Of a stretch of DNA of 64,000 bases, positions 1 through 14,680 are shown one piece after another (within the stretch, counting starts at the first letter, position 1; each line of letters starts with the position of its first letter). Both the position numbers and the translations under genes were made by a program. A model generated the notes under the pieces. That model saw nothing but the letters and a program-made list of their open reading frames with translations. It ran no database searches and was not told where the DNA came from. Source of the stretch: the human T2T-CHM13v2.0 reference genome, Homo sapiens. Location of the stretch: assembly GCF_009914755.1 (NCBI RefSeq), contig NC_060934.1; one strand, written 5' to 3'.

Positions 1-137
1 CTATTGTGGGACCTCAACTTGTGATCGTGTGAGTCAATACTCCTTAATAAACTCCCCTTTATATGTTCAGCAATCCTATTAGTTCTGTCCCTCTAGAGAA
101 CCCTGACTAACACAGATTTCGGTATCAGGAGTGGCTA
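1..137 (+). mobile_element. MLT2A-type (ERVL) LTR 3' part plus ~20 bp of ERVL internal sequence (PBS)
   Basis: Ends ...gtccctctagagaaccctgactaacaca, followed by gatttcggtatcaggagtgg, which resembles the ERVL-int start gattttggtaccaggagtgg. Confidence 0.85.
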
Positions 138-188
138 TAATACAGGTTGCTTGGCTGGGACTCTTCAACTGGGCTGGTGGAAGTCTTA

Positions 189-995
<807 letters not shown>

Positions 996-1157
996 CATAA
1001 CTCACTCAGCCATCCAGGATCAGGGAGACTCTGGGGTCCTGACTGGAGGTTTGCCACCTTCACTGTGTAGAATGCTAGGTGACTTTCTCTATCACTTCTT
1101 ATAGGAACCCTAAGTAGCTACAGCAAAAGACAGAGTGGTTCACGTGCTTGCAAAGCT

Positions 1158-1315
1158 GTATTTCTCAAAGTCTGGTGTGTGTTCAAACCACCTGGAGAAT
1201 GTGGAAGAAATGCAGAGGACCTGGCCCTACCCCTCTTCAGCAGGCCTGGGCCTCTGGCTTCTGTGTTAGTTCTCCAGGTGACACTAGTACACACTGAAGT
1301 TTGAGAATCACCGTT
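1158..1315. mobile_element. MER5-type hAT-Charlie MITE
   Basis: ttctcaaagt...cacctggagaat...ctccaggtga...aagtttgagaatcac. Confidence 0.65.
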
Positions 1316-2248
1316 GCAAAGGAGGCAGGTATGGTCTGATGCTCAGACAATATCATCAGGGCCCTCTCTTTTCCTCAATCTCTCCACCTGTCCATTGCTG
1401 TCTGGGTGTCATTCCATAGGGTCCTTCTTCATTGCATGCTCAAGGCCACTTTTGCTCTGAGTCACATCCTTTCAGCTCATGTTTCAAAGGCAGATAAGTA
1501 GCCTCTCAGTCCCTACATCCATATACAGGGTTTCAGAGAAATACTGACTGTTCCATCTTGGGTCGCATACTTGCCCCTCGTCACATGCTCATGACCGTCA
1601 CCGCACCCAGAGGAATGAGGGGGACTGTAATTTTCCAGACTTGTATCACTGCCCATTCCAAGAACCACTGGATGGAGGACGTGGGTGCTATGATTAGAAA
1701 CCTCCCAGAACCTCATGGAATGGGGAAGTCAGAGCTCCTTAATGTAAAGAAGGCTGTGTCCAAAAGCAGAGGAGCAAGGGATGCTGGCCACAATGCTGTT
1801 CCAAATACACACAGCGCAACAGTTCGCTCCCAAGTAGACTGAATTCTAATCACAGCCATAAGACTAGTAGCTTTAACAACGGAGAGGCATTGGTAATAGC
1901 GAGAGAGTTTAGTGTCGTGGTTGATATCATGGGTTTGAGAGTCAATTGCGGGCACCTATACACCAGTCAAAACAAATATGTTTCAATATTTTAACAGTGC
2001 ATATTTTCTCACAGATGCACACCTGTTGAACATTTCCAGCCCTGAGTATCCTCTTAATAACCATACTGCTAGAACATAGGTATGTATGCTGTAGGATGTT
2101 GGAGTTATGCAAAGCCTCTTTCTGGAGCACTTGTTTTACTCAAATATTTGGGAAGGAAAACATTATTTGTATATTAAAACAAACCTAACTACATTGCCGA
2201 ACAGTATGCAGAACAGACACAAATGTTTAGGATGAACATAAAATGTCA

Positions 2249-2561
<313 letters not shown>

Positions 2562-2942
2562 ACTATGCAGCCATAAAAAAGGATGAGCTCATGTCCTTTG
2601 CAGGGATATGGATGAAGCTGGAAACCATCATTCTCAGCAAACTAACATAAGAACAGAAAACCAAGCCTCACATGTTCTCACTTATAAGTGGGAGTTGAAC
2701 AATGAGAACACATGGACACAGGGAGGGGAACATCACACAGCAGGGCATGTCAGGGGGTCGAGAGCTAGGGGAGGGATAGCATTAGGAGAAATACCTAATG
2801 TAGATGATGGGCTGATGGGTACAGCAAACCACTATGGCACATGTATACCTATGTAACAAAACTGCACATTCTGCACATGTACCCCATAACTTAAAGTATA
2901 ATAATAAAAAAAAGAAAAATAAATAAATAAATAAATAAAAAT
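2562..2942 (+). mobile_element. L1PA 3' end (5'-truncated)
   Basis: ctatgcagccataaaaaaggatgag...ggaggggaacatcacac...aacttaaagtataataat plus A-tail. Confidence 0.95.
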
Positions 2943-3952
2943 AATGTCAAGGAAGCTCGAACGTGGAATCCCGGACATAAGGGGTCCTCCTGCAGCAAAG
3001 ACTGCAAAGCATTGTCAGAGAAACTGCCATATAGACAACATTTGTGTCCCCATTACACAATGTGGGACTGGCAGGGTGAAGATGTTGTCTAAAGGTGCAA
3101 TGTGTACTTTTAAGTGGAGCAGGAATCCACGCCATCCGCCTGGCTCGGAGCACCTGTGCTCTCAGCAATATCATGCTGCCTTCCTGAACCCTAGCCCCTT
3201 GCTGGTCTTGCTGGTGTTATTTTGATTTTTGGGAAATCTAATCTACAGTGGAAAGAAAAGTTATTGAATAGCTCTCCTTAGTGAAAGAACTCACTGAGGA
3301 GAATTTTGAGGTTAAGGAAGAGGATAGGTGGTTCAGTTCTGCAACGGAATGAGTGATTGTTCCACACCGTTAGGGAAGGCCTTTGCAAAGACAAACCATT
3401 GTGTGTTTCAAGGTTTAGAGAGCCACAGGCCAAGAAAGCCGCAGGAACAAAACAACATTCGTTGCACGGTGGAAATTTCAGAACCAGTTGTGTAGGAAAG
3501 TTTGACGCAATCTTTTGGCTACAATTCAACCTGCTGGTCTAAAATTCAAAGTTGTACAATAATTGCAAAAAGATTTGCATTAAAGTAAACACTTATCAAA
3601 CTACTGGAAGATAGAGGGGTAAGCCTGGTTGTCTATACTGATGAGCTGAGAAACATTAGAAATATCATATGGAGATAGGGTTACAGATCATGAGTGAGTA
3701 CCAATAGAATCATGACTCTCCAGCTACTTAGAGCATCTAATTTTCCTCTACAAGTCCTCTGTAAACACTTGTCGAATGAATGCATAAATAAGTGAATACA
3801 TCACAATTTTTTAAGAAAAATGTTTCTCCCAAAAATTATTTTTCATGTAACTGAAGCTCCCAGAGGCTACACATGCATGTCCCCCGGCCTTAAGCTGTAC
3901 AGAGCACTGTTATATATCTCTGGAAAACAATGCACAGTTAAAGAGAGAAGCG

Positions 3953-4630
<678 letters not shown>

Positions 4631-4829
4631 TGTGCCAAAAGGATCCCGTAAATACATTGTGAATGATAGAATGTGATAGAATGAGGGTTTTGTTCAAAAC
4701 TGAGACACACTTTTTTATTCTATCTCTTTATGGTTTCACAAAATTAGTAATACTTCAGATCTACCTAGTACCTCTCCATTTATAAGGCGATATTGAATAG
4801 ATGATTTCCTTTCACTTCTTCAGTGACTT

Positions 4830-5139
4830 TTTGTTTTTCTTTTTTTTTTTGAGACAAAACCTCACTCTGTCACCCAGGCTGGAGTGCAGGGGAGCAATCT
4901 TGGCTCACGGCAGCCTCAACCTCCGGGGCTCAAGTGATCCTCCCATCTCAACCTTCCAATCAGCTGGGACCACAGGCGTGCACTACTATGCCTGGCTAAT
5001 TTTTAAATTATTTTAAATTATTTGTAGACATGGGGTCTCCCTATCAATGCCCAGGGTGCCCAGGGTGGTCTCTAGCTCCTGGGCTCAAGTGAATCTCCCA
5101 AAGTGCTGAGATTATAGGTGTTAGTCGTCACGCCCAGCC
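4830..5139 (-). mobile_element. Alu (J-type)
   Basis: Poly(T) followed by reverse Alu with J-type ctcaagtgatcctcc. Confidence 0.93.
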
Positions 5140-5148
5140 AATAACATC

Positions 5149-5458
5149 CTTTTGTTTTTTTTGTTTTTTTTTTGAGACAGGTTCTTGCTCTGTCACCTGG
5201 GCTGGAGTGCAGAGGTGTGATCAGAGCTCACCGCAACCTCCAACTCCTGGGCTCAAGCCATCCTCCCACCTCAGCCTCCTGAGTAGCTAGGACTACAGGT
5301 ATGTACCACCATGACCCGCTAATTTTTAAATTTTTGGTAGAGACGAGGCCTCACTATGTTGCCCAGACTGACCTCAAACTCCTGGGCCCAAGCAATCCTC
5401 CCACCTAGGCCTCCCTCCAAAAGTGCTAGGATTATAGTGTGAGCCACTGCACCTGGTC
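5149..5458 (-). mobile_element. Alu (J-type)
   Basis: Second reverse Alu, in tandem with the previous one. Confidence 0.93.
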
Positions 5459-5775
5459 TTGATAACTTTTTATGGTGGACAGAGTAGGTGTCCCCCAGTT
5501 TTCAAGGAAGAATTTAATCCCCACAGCCACACAACCATAAAGAAAGGCAAGTTAGGGTGCCCTTCTCGTGAGCCATTAAGGGAGTGCAGCCTGGTAGCTG
5601 CCTATTGGCTCCTGTCACTTACATAAAGTTCAGACAAGAGTCTCAGAAAGTAGGGAAGGAGGAGAGGTGTTTCCAGAAGCCTCAGACTGCCTCCTATGAA
5701 CACATACTTGGAGCGTTTGTAAGAATCCTGGAGGTTACTTCTGAGTTTGGGTTTTGTATCCGCTCAATCTCCCTC

Positions 5776-6466
5776 TCTATCAGTCTGTTCTCACACCGCT
5801 GATAAAGACATACCCAAGACTGAGTGATTTATAAAGGAAAGAGGTTTAATGGACTCACAGTTCTACATGGCTGGGGCGGCCTCACAATCATGGCGGAAGG
5901 CAAAAAAGAAGCGAAGACAAGCCTTGTCTTATGTGGCAGCAGGCAAGAGGGAGCTTGTACAGGGGAACTCCCATTTATAAAACCATCAGATCTTGTGGGA
6001 CCTATTCACTACCATGAGAACGGTCTAGGGGACCCCACCCCCCTGATTCAATTATCTCCACCTAGCTCTGCCCTTGACACGTGGGGATTATTACAATTCA
6101 AGGTGAGATTTGGGGCCGGGCTCAGTGACTTATGCCTGTAGTCCCAGCACTTTGGGAGGCCAAGGCGGGCAGATCACTTGAGGTCAGGAGTTCGAGACCA
6201 GCCTGGCAAACATGGTGAAACCCCGTCTCTACTACAAATACAAAAATTAGCCGGGCATGTTGGTTGGCACCTGTAGTCCCAGCTACTCAGGAGGCTGAGG
6301 TAGGAGAATCACTTGAACCCAGGAGGCGGAGATTGCAGTGAGCTGAGATTGCACCACTGGACTCCAGCCTAGGCGACAGAGCAAGACTCTGCATGTCTCA
6401 AAAAAAAAAAAAAAAAAGTGTGGTGGCAAGGTGAGATTTGGGCGGGGACACAGCCAAACCCTATCA
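5776..6466 (-). mobile_element. THE1 (MaLR) solo LTR, interrupted by an Alu
   Basis: gctgataaagacatacccaagactg...ctcacaatcatggcggaaggc...ggggacacagccaaaccctatca. Confidence 0.93.
6114..6417 (+). mobile_element. Alu (S-type) inside THE1
   Basis: Dimeric Alu; TSD caaggtgagatttgg at 6099-6113 and 6427-6441. Confidence 0.97.
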
Positions 6467-7814
6467 CCGTCTCAGAAGGCATTCTAAGCTTCTAAGCCCT
6501 GGTATTTGTGAGGTTGGAATTATGTCTATGAGCAGAAGTCACGGCCCTAGGCAGTAACACTCAACAACGCCTCTGGTTTCCTGTAGAACCTTTCAGAATG
6601 AATGGAAACTCAGTAGCGAATATTTTTGGTAAACCTACATTTTTCTAGTCCGTGCTGAAGTGAAGCTGTAAGTTTAGACTCCAGGCCTGGCAACCCAACC
6701 TCTTTTCCTGAGGCTTGAGTCAGCACAAAGCACTATGCACAAGGTGCCCAAATGAACTTAAAATATGGTCTGAATTCATCCTGAGAAGAAATGCTAAACT
6801 GAAGTTGTTCGATGCCAATTAACAAATTGAAGAGAGAGGGGCAGGTGGAGCCAATGGCCTGTTCTCCAGCCCTCTCCTGGGCCCCACCAATGCCCAGGGC
6901 CCTTGCTATGCATGACTGTTAATGCAACTTTTAAAGCAATATTATTTTTGAATATAATTGTGCAAGCTTATTTAATTACAGTCATGTCATGTAACTCATT
7001 GCTTTTCAGGAATTTCAGGAAATTTTATGCTCAAAAAGCATGGCGAAGCCTCAGAGAGGCTGAACGATTTCCTTGGTTCAGTAAATAGCTCTCATCTTTC
7101 AGGCTGTCCCCAAAACAAAAGTTGTTTTCTAAATAATGTGCTTCCTACTAATCCTTGTTAACCTCATTCTAGAAAGGCAATGCCATCTAATGGAAAACGA
7201 GGGTCAGGAGACACATGTTCCCGTACAACATAATTACATGAACCTGACCAAATCCACACTTCCCCGGGCTTCATTTTCTCTTTAACAAAACGGAGAGAAC
7301 AAGAGCTCTTTGCAACCTCACGGTCAAATAAACCTACAGCTGAAATAAGGGAGGAAGGCTGAAAAGCATTCTGAGCTCTTTAGAATAACAGGAGGTTCAA
7401 CACTCTTGTTATTTGGAAAGAGATAATCATAAAGGTCAGTATGTATCTTTAGAATTTTCTCAATAGAACCCAGGCACTTGTGTGCAAATAAAAAACCAAC
7501 ACAATGCTTGGAATTCTGTCACCTTGTACACAGTGATCACTGAGCAAATATTTGTTGTTTGTGGAGTGTTCTCACCCTACAGACATTTTCAAGTCTGCAT
7601 GGAGAACCCAGGAAAACATAGCAAGAGAAGGACCAGTGTTGCGGGGGGTGGGGGAGGGCTGGGGAGGGGCAGATTATAATGAAAAGTGCTTCCATGAGTA
7701 TTTTCTTCCACTTCCATTCCATTTCTGCCTCTAAAAGTTTCTCTGCCCAATTCTTATTCCTGGCTAGAGCATGATAGAACCACTTCTAGACCATAAAGAC
7801 TGGGGTAGTCCCTG

Positions 7815-7900
7815 CACACACATACACAAGCATGCATGCACAACCACACACACATACGTGCACACACACAAAAACAGTCATGTACACACATACACACAAA
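7815..7900. repeat. Degenerate (CA)n/(CATA)n repeat, continuing at 8449-8505
   Basis: cacacatacacaagcatgcatgcacaaccacaca... Confidence 0.8.
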
Positions 7901-7905
7901 TGTGC

Positions 7906-8448
7906 TGTGATGGTAATACTGAGTATCAACTTGATTGGATTGAAGGATGCAAAGTATTGATCTTGGGTTTGTCTGTAAGGGTATTGCCAAAGGAGATTAA
8001 CATTTGAGTCAGTGGGCTGGGAAAGGCAGACCCACCTTCAATTTGGGTGGGCGCCATCTAATCAGCTGCCAGCACAGCTAGAAGAAAGCAGGCAGGAGAA
8101 ATTGGGAGAAGCTGACTTGCTGAGTCTTCCAGCCTTCGTTTCTCTCCTGTGCTGGATGCTTCCTGCCCTTGAACATCAGATTCCAAGTTCTTCAGCTTTT
8201 GGACTCTTGGGCTTACACCAGTGGTTTGCCAGGGGCTCTCGGGCCTTTGGCCACAGACTGAAGGCTGCACTGTCGGCTTCCCTACTTTTGAGGTTTTGGG
8301 ACTCGGACTGGCTTTCTTGCTCCTCAGCTTGCAGAAGGCCTATTGTGGGACTTCACCTTGTGATCGCGTGAGTCAGCATCTTTAATACACTCCCTTTCAT
8401 GTATACATCTGTCCTATTCTGTCCCTCTAGAGAACTGTGACTAATACA
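7906..8448 (+). mobile_element. MLT2A (ERVL) solo LTR
   Basis: tgtgatggtaatactgagtatcaacttgattggattgaaggatgc...gtccctctagagaactgtgactaataca. Confidence 0.93.
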
Positions 8449-9014
8449 CACACACAGGCATGCATACACACACATGCATGTACACACATAAATACACGTA
8501 CACACAACCAACCAAAAGTCAACCAAACGACAAACAATAAACTCATTAAAAAGATTTTCAATTGTTCAGCCTTCCCAAGCCTCCTGTCAATGCCTCTGAT
8601 CTTCATAACAAGACATACACCATTTGTTTTAGTGTCTCTTTTGTCAGAGCTTCCAGAAAGCAAAGAGATGTTACCTAGAATTTGAGTGTGAATTTAAGTG
8701 GTGCTCAACGTTTCTTTACAAGGCGTCGGTAAACAGAGTTTCCATTTTCCAGACATCATTCCACAGTCTGACCACCCTCTCCGCCCACACCTTCCTGCTG
8801 GTTTGCCACTTCCCACAGCTGCTGCTAACACAATCCAGATGTTCAAATCCATCCATGCCCTTTGACCTCTTTCTGTTGGTCTGAACATGCCTACTAGTCT
8901 AAGGGAGAAAAGATGTATTCTTTGGGACAAGGGGTCGATTCTGGGCTAGAAAACCAAAGGAGGACTTTATTGTAATCTAAGGGCAAGCATTCTTTCCTTT
9001 CATGGGAAACATTT

Positions 9015-9620
9015 CATTTCATTTATTCAACAAACATTGACTGAGCATCTACTATGTGCATGTCGCTGGGCTGGTGTGGGAAATACGAGAACCAACACAT
9101 GGACCTTGTCCTCAAGAAGCTCCTGGTGGCCAGGTGCGGTGGCTCACACCTGTAATGGTGGACAGACTGCTTGAGCTCAGGAGTTCGAGACCAGCCTGGG
9201 CCACATAGCAAAACCTCATCTCTAAAAAAAATACAAAAATTAGCCAGGCTTGATAGTATGCACCTGAAGTCCCAGCTCCTCAGGAGGCTGAGGTGGGAGG
9301 ATTGCTTGAACCCAGGAGGTCGAGGCTGCACAGAGCCGAGACCGCACCACTGCACTTTAGCCTGGGCAACAGAATAAGACCCTATCTCAAAAAAAAAAAA
9401 AAAAGAATAAAAATTTTCTTTTAAAAAAAGAAGCTCCTAGAGAAGGAAAGCAATCATTGCAAACTGGGAAATGCTAGAGCAGACTTTACAGCAATGCACT
9501 CAGGAGTCCTGAGGAAAGACACCTTCTGGCCTGACGGTAATGAGAGGTAAGTACGAGGAAGGCTTCTCAGGGAATAGGACACATGCCAGTTAGGTGGAGG
9601 TGGTGGCATTCCAGGTGGGG
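9015..9620 (-). mobile_element. L2 fragment, interrupted by an Alu
   Basis: cattcatttattcaacaaacattgactgagcatctactatgtgc is the reversed L2 3' end. Confidence 0.6.
9128..9428 (+). mobile_element. Alu (J-type) with left-arm deletion
   Basis: Alu body; TSD aagaagctcct on both sides. Confidence 0.93.
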
Positions 9621-9688
9621 AACTACTTAAGGAACAAAGCCTCTGACAATATTTTTCGCTTTTAATTTTTGTTTAAAAAAGATACCTT

Positions 9689-10060
9689 GGCTGGGCACAG
9701 TGCCTCACACCTGTAATCCCAGCATTTTGGGAGGCTGAGGCAGGAGGATCATGTAAGCCCAGAAGTTTGAGACAAACCTGGGCAATATAGCAAGAGCCCA
9801 TCTCTACAAAACAAAATTTTTAATTAGCTGGGTGTGGTAGTGCATTCCTATAATCCCAGCTACTCTGGAAGCTGAGGCAGGAGGATTACTTGAGCCTGGA
9901 GAGGTCGAGGCTGCAGTGAGCTGAGCTCGCACCACAGCACTCCAGCCTGGGTGACAGACTCTGCCTCAAAAAAAGAAATAGAAAGAAAAAAAGAAGAAAG
10001 AAAGACAAAAGGAAGGAAGGAAGGAAGGGAGGGAGGGAGGGAGGGAGGGAGGGAGAGAGA
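9689..10060 (+). mobile_element. Alu (J-type) with a GA-rich (GGAA/GGGA)n tail expansion
   Basis: Alu to ~9975, then a polypurine repeat. Confidence 0.93.
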
Positions 10061-10064
10061 CACC

Positions 10065-10838
10065 TGTCATCTCAGATCCAGCACATGTATCCAATATCCT
10101 CCATGTGACCCATCCTTCTCCTCCTGCCTGTTGATTGATCACACCAATGGGTAATGGGTTCCCTTGCCCTCTGGCTTCTCACTGGATTCAGTCGATGGAG
10201 ATCACTAGCAGATCTAAGTGACGGAGGAGAGTGAGGTCAAGACACTTACTCCACTGGCTCTCACCTTCAGGTCACTGAAGATCAAGGCTCCTTTCAAGGC
10301 AGTCTTTCCTATGAAAGGCTCTGCCTCTGTTTCCTGTTTCTGCTTCCTCCCCTCATCCTTCTGGGTGTAGGAGTTGTCACAGCTCTTTTGCCATTACTAG
10401 TATCCCTGGTGGCTGCTCTACATCTCACCCATACTTTCACAACTAGCCCCTTTATTTTTTTATTTTTTTATTTTTTTGAGATGGAGTCTCGCTCTGTCGC
10501 CCAGGCTGGAGTGCAGTGGTGTGAACTCAGCTCGCTGCAACCTCTACCTCCCAGGTTCAAGTGATTCTCCTGTTCAGCCTCCCGAGTAGCTGGGACTACA
10601 GTTGCGCGCCACCATGCCCAGCTAATATTTTGTATTTTTAGTAGAGACAGGGTTTCACCTTGTTAGCCAGGATGGTCTCGATCTCCTGACCTTGTGATCC
10701 CCCCACCTCTGCCTCCCAAAGTGCTGGGATTACAGGCGTGAGCCACCACGCCCGGCCAACTAGCCCCTTTATTAAGCTCTCTTTGAATTATTCTAATTTG
10801 AGGGCCATCTGTTTCCTGCTGGAACCTTGACTGATATA
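10065..10838 (+). mobile_element. LTR33-type (ERVL) LTR, interrupted by an Alu
   Basis: ggttcccttgccctctggcttc...ggaggagagtgaggtca...gccatctgtttcctgctggaaccttgactgatata. Confidence 0.75.
10454..10757 (-). mobile_element. Alu (Sc/Y-like)
   Basis: Reverse Alu; TSD aactagccccttt at 10441-53 and 10758-70. Confidence 0.96.
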
Positions 10839-11051
10839 TAAGAAACAGATCAGGGAGAACAGGATGCAAAAACTATATATATGCTATGATGGTAGTGATG
10901 ATGTCTGATTGATCCATTCATTATTTCATGGGCATTTGTTGATTGATTGATTGATTGATAGCCAACAAAGTGAAAAGCACAATGGGAGAGCATACTTCCT
11001 GGGTTGTATGACACGGTCTTCGTGACAACATTCCTTGTTATGATCAGGCTT

Positions 11052-11207
<156 letters not shown>

Positions 11208-11617
11208 TAAACTATGCACTTTAATTTGGGGATCAGAAAATATGATCTCAGTAGCTATGGGTGAGGGAAGAATGAGAAACATGGGATCTGTACTCTCAGA
11301 GTACAGAGGTTAGCTCAGTCCTGCAGAGTCCATGTCTCCAAAAGAAAAGAGCAAATGGAGAAAGTCTAAGACATGATCAAGTGCCAGTTCTGCGCTCTGC
11401 AGGTTACTCTGCGGGCCAAGCTCCCTCGCCCTGCTGAGTGGTAAGGCTGCTGCTTCGGGGTCGAAACTTCCGTAATCACAAAGGCCCAGTATGAGCCAGG
11501 CAGTGAGCTGAAAGCTTTTCACACAATATTGAATTTATCTTTACGACAACCCTATAAAACAGGCCTTATCTTCCTCCTTCAACAGAAGGGAAAACTGAGG
11601 CTTAAAACATTAAACTT

Positions 11618-11920
<303 letters not shown>

Positions 11921-13163
11921 CTAGGAGTAGGCAGCATCTGGACTTGCACCTGCATCTGGAGCGAAGACCCCATGCTTCTACCTACATCACTGCATCATCT
12001 CTCCTAGGAATAGACAATCCTTGACCATGACCAAACGGTGTTTGGTGAAGAAGAGACAGTTACAGGTTTGGAGGCAAGTGCTATCCTGCAATTGCGGTTT
12101 AATCTCTGTTATTCCATCCACACAGTAAGAACCAGGCTGGGAAGGCAATCGAGGGGAGCCCCCTTTGGATTCTGCATGATACAATCAGACATCCACCCAC
12201 AATTTGCTCTGGGTGGAAAGAAAGGAGAAGGGACAAGCAAAACAAGGCGTACCCCTGGGGCACACCAAAGATGAGCTCCCCTGGCGGCTCTGCTCCCTTG
12301 GAACCATCTAGTCATTATCACTTTATTGGAGATTGGGGTATTCGTAGGAGGGGTACTAAACCCATTTGGAATTTCAGGCTGTTCTACTTGTGAGTGCGGC
12401 TGAGGGTGGGGTGACTTCATCATACACTTCCTTTAGGGACAAGGGCAGATAACCTAGCCACACAGGAGGGTTTTTATCAGTGGCAAGCAATATAAATGGT
12501 TGTAAATTTAAAGTACCTCATAAATTCTGGAGAATTCATATTTAAGACCCATTGATGCCCTCATAAAAATCTACCTTACTTTCCCCTTCTACTGAACATA
12601 CCCGTTTGTCATGGTTTAGGACTGTCGTCTCAGCATGACTATTAATGGTGTCCCCGTGTACTCTCAAGAGTGTCGATTTGGATGATAAATTGTCACTCTT
12701 CCTTTGCTGTATGCAATTGATCAACAAAGAAAGGTGGGTGAGGCAGTGCGCTCTGAGCTTCAAATAGCCCAAGTGTGGTTTCAGAATGAATGTTGTCTTG
12801 CTGCACGGGCCGGGGTTATTCAATTATCCTCTCTGATCCTTTATGTGCCACGTGAGAATAAAATATGTGGCCAGTGACTTTTACGAGCCATAATAAATAG
12901 AGGTGGTTCATAGAGTTATAGATCTTATAGCTAGAAACAACCTCAAGAGATCATTCCGTGCACAGGGCTATGACGAGCCATGCAAAAATCGCAGTGATGC
13001 GGTCAGCCTTCACTAGGGTCCTCTGTTACTGCTTTGGAGTAATCAACCAAGTCAACCCAGCCATGGTAAATGACATCGCAGAGAGCTGATGACTTGGTGA
13101 CTTATGTCTTTTATCAAGTGGAATTCTAACTTTCAATTAGTCTACCTCTGTGTGTGTTTTTTA

Positions 13164-13568
<405 letters not shown>

Positions 13569-14395
13569 TTACCTCACATAGTTACTCTTTTGTTTAATTT
13601 TGTGTGGCAAGAGCGGCTAAAATCTACTCATCTAGCAGGAACGGCAAATACAGTACAGTTTTTTTTAGTGACAGTCTTCATGTTGTACATAACATTCCTA
13701 GACATGTTATCCTACGTATCTGCTACTTTGTACCCACTGACCTCCATGTCCCCATCTCTTCTCCCCACCTACCCTTCCCACCCCTGGGAACCACTGTTTT
13801 ATTCTCTACCTCTGTATGAAGTGTTTGACTTTTTTTCCATATGTAAGTGACCATGTAATAGTGTAAACAGTATTTGCTTTTCCACATGTAAGTGAGGTAA
13901 GTGAGATGATGTGTCTATGTACAGTATTTGTTGTTGGTTTTTTTAGATTCCACATGAAAATTTGATCATGCAATATTTTTCTTTCTGAGTCTAGCCTATT
14001 TCACTTAGCATATTGCTCTCCGGGTTCATCTGTGTTGTGGTAAAGGGCTGGACCTTCTTTTTTAAGGCTGAATGATATTCCGCTGTATGTATATACCACA
14101 GTTTCTTTATCCATTCATGCACTGATGGACACTTAGGTTGTTTCCATAGCTTAGCTAGTAGGAATAATGCTGCAGGGAACCTGAGGGTAAAGATATCTTT
14201 ATGAGGTGGTGATTTCATTTCCCTTGGATATATGCCTAACAGAGGGATTGCTAGGGCATATGGTAGTTCTATTTTTAATTTCTTTAAGACTTCCATATTG
14301 TCTTCCATAATGGCTGCACCAACCTACATTCCCTTCCACAGTACATAAGGGTTCCCTTTTCTCTGCACTCTCACCGATATTTGTTATGTTTTGCC

Positions 14396-14680
<285 letters not shown>

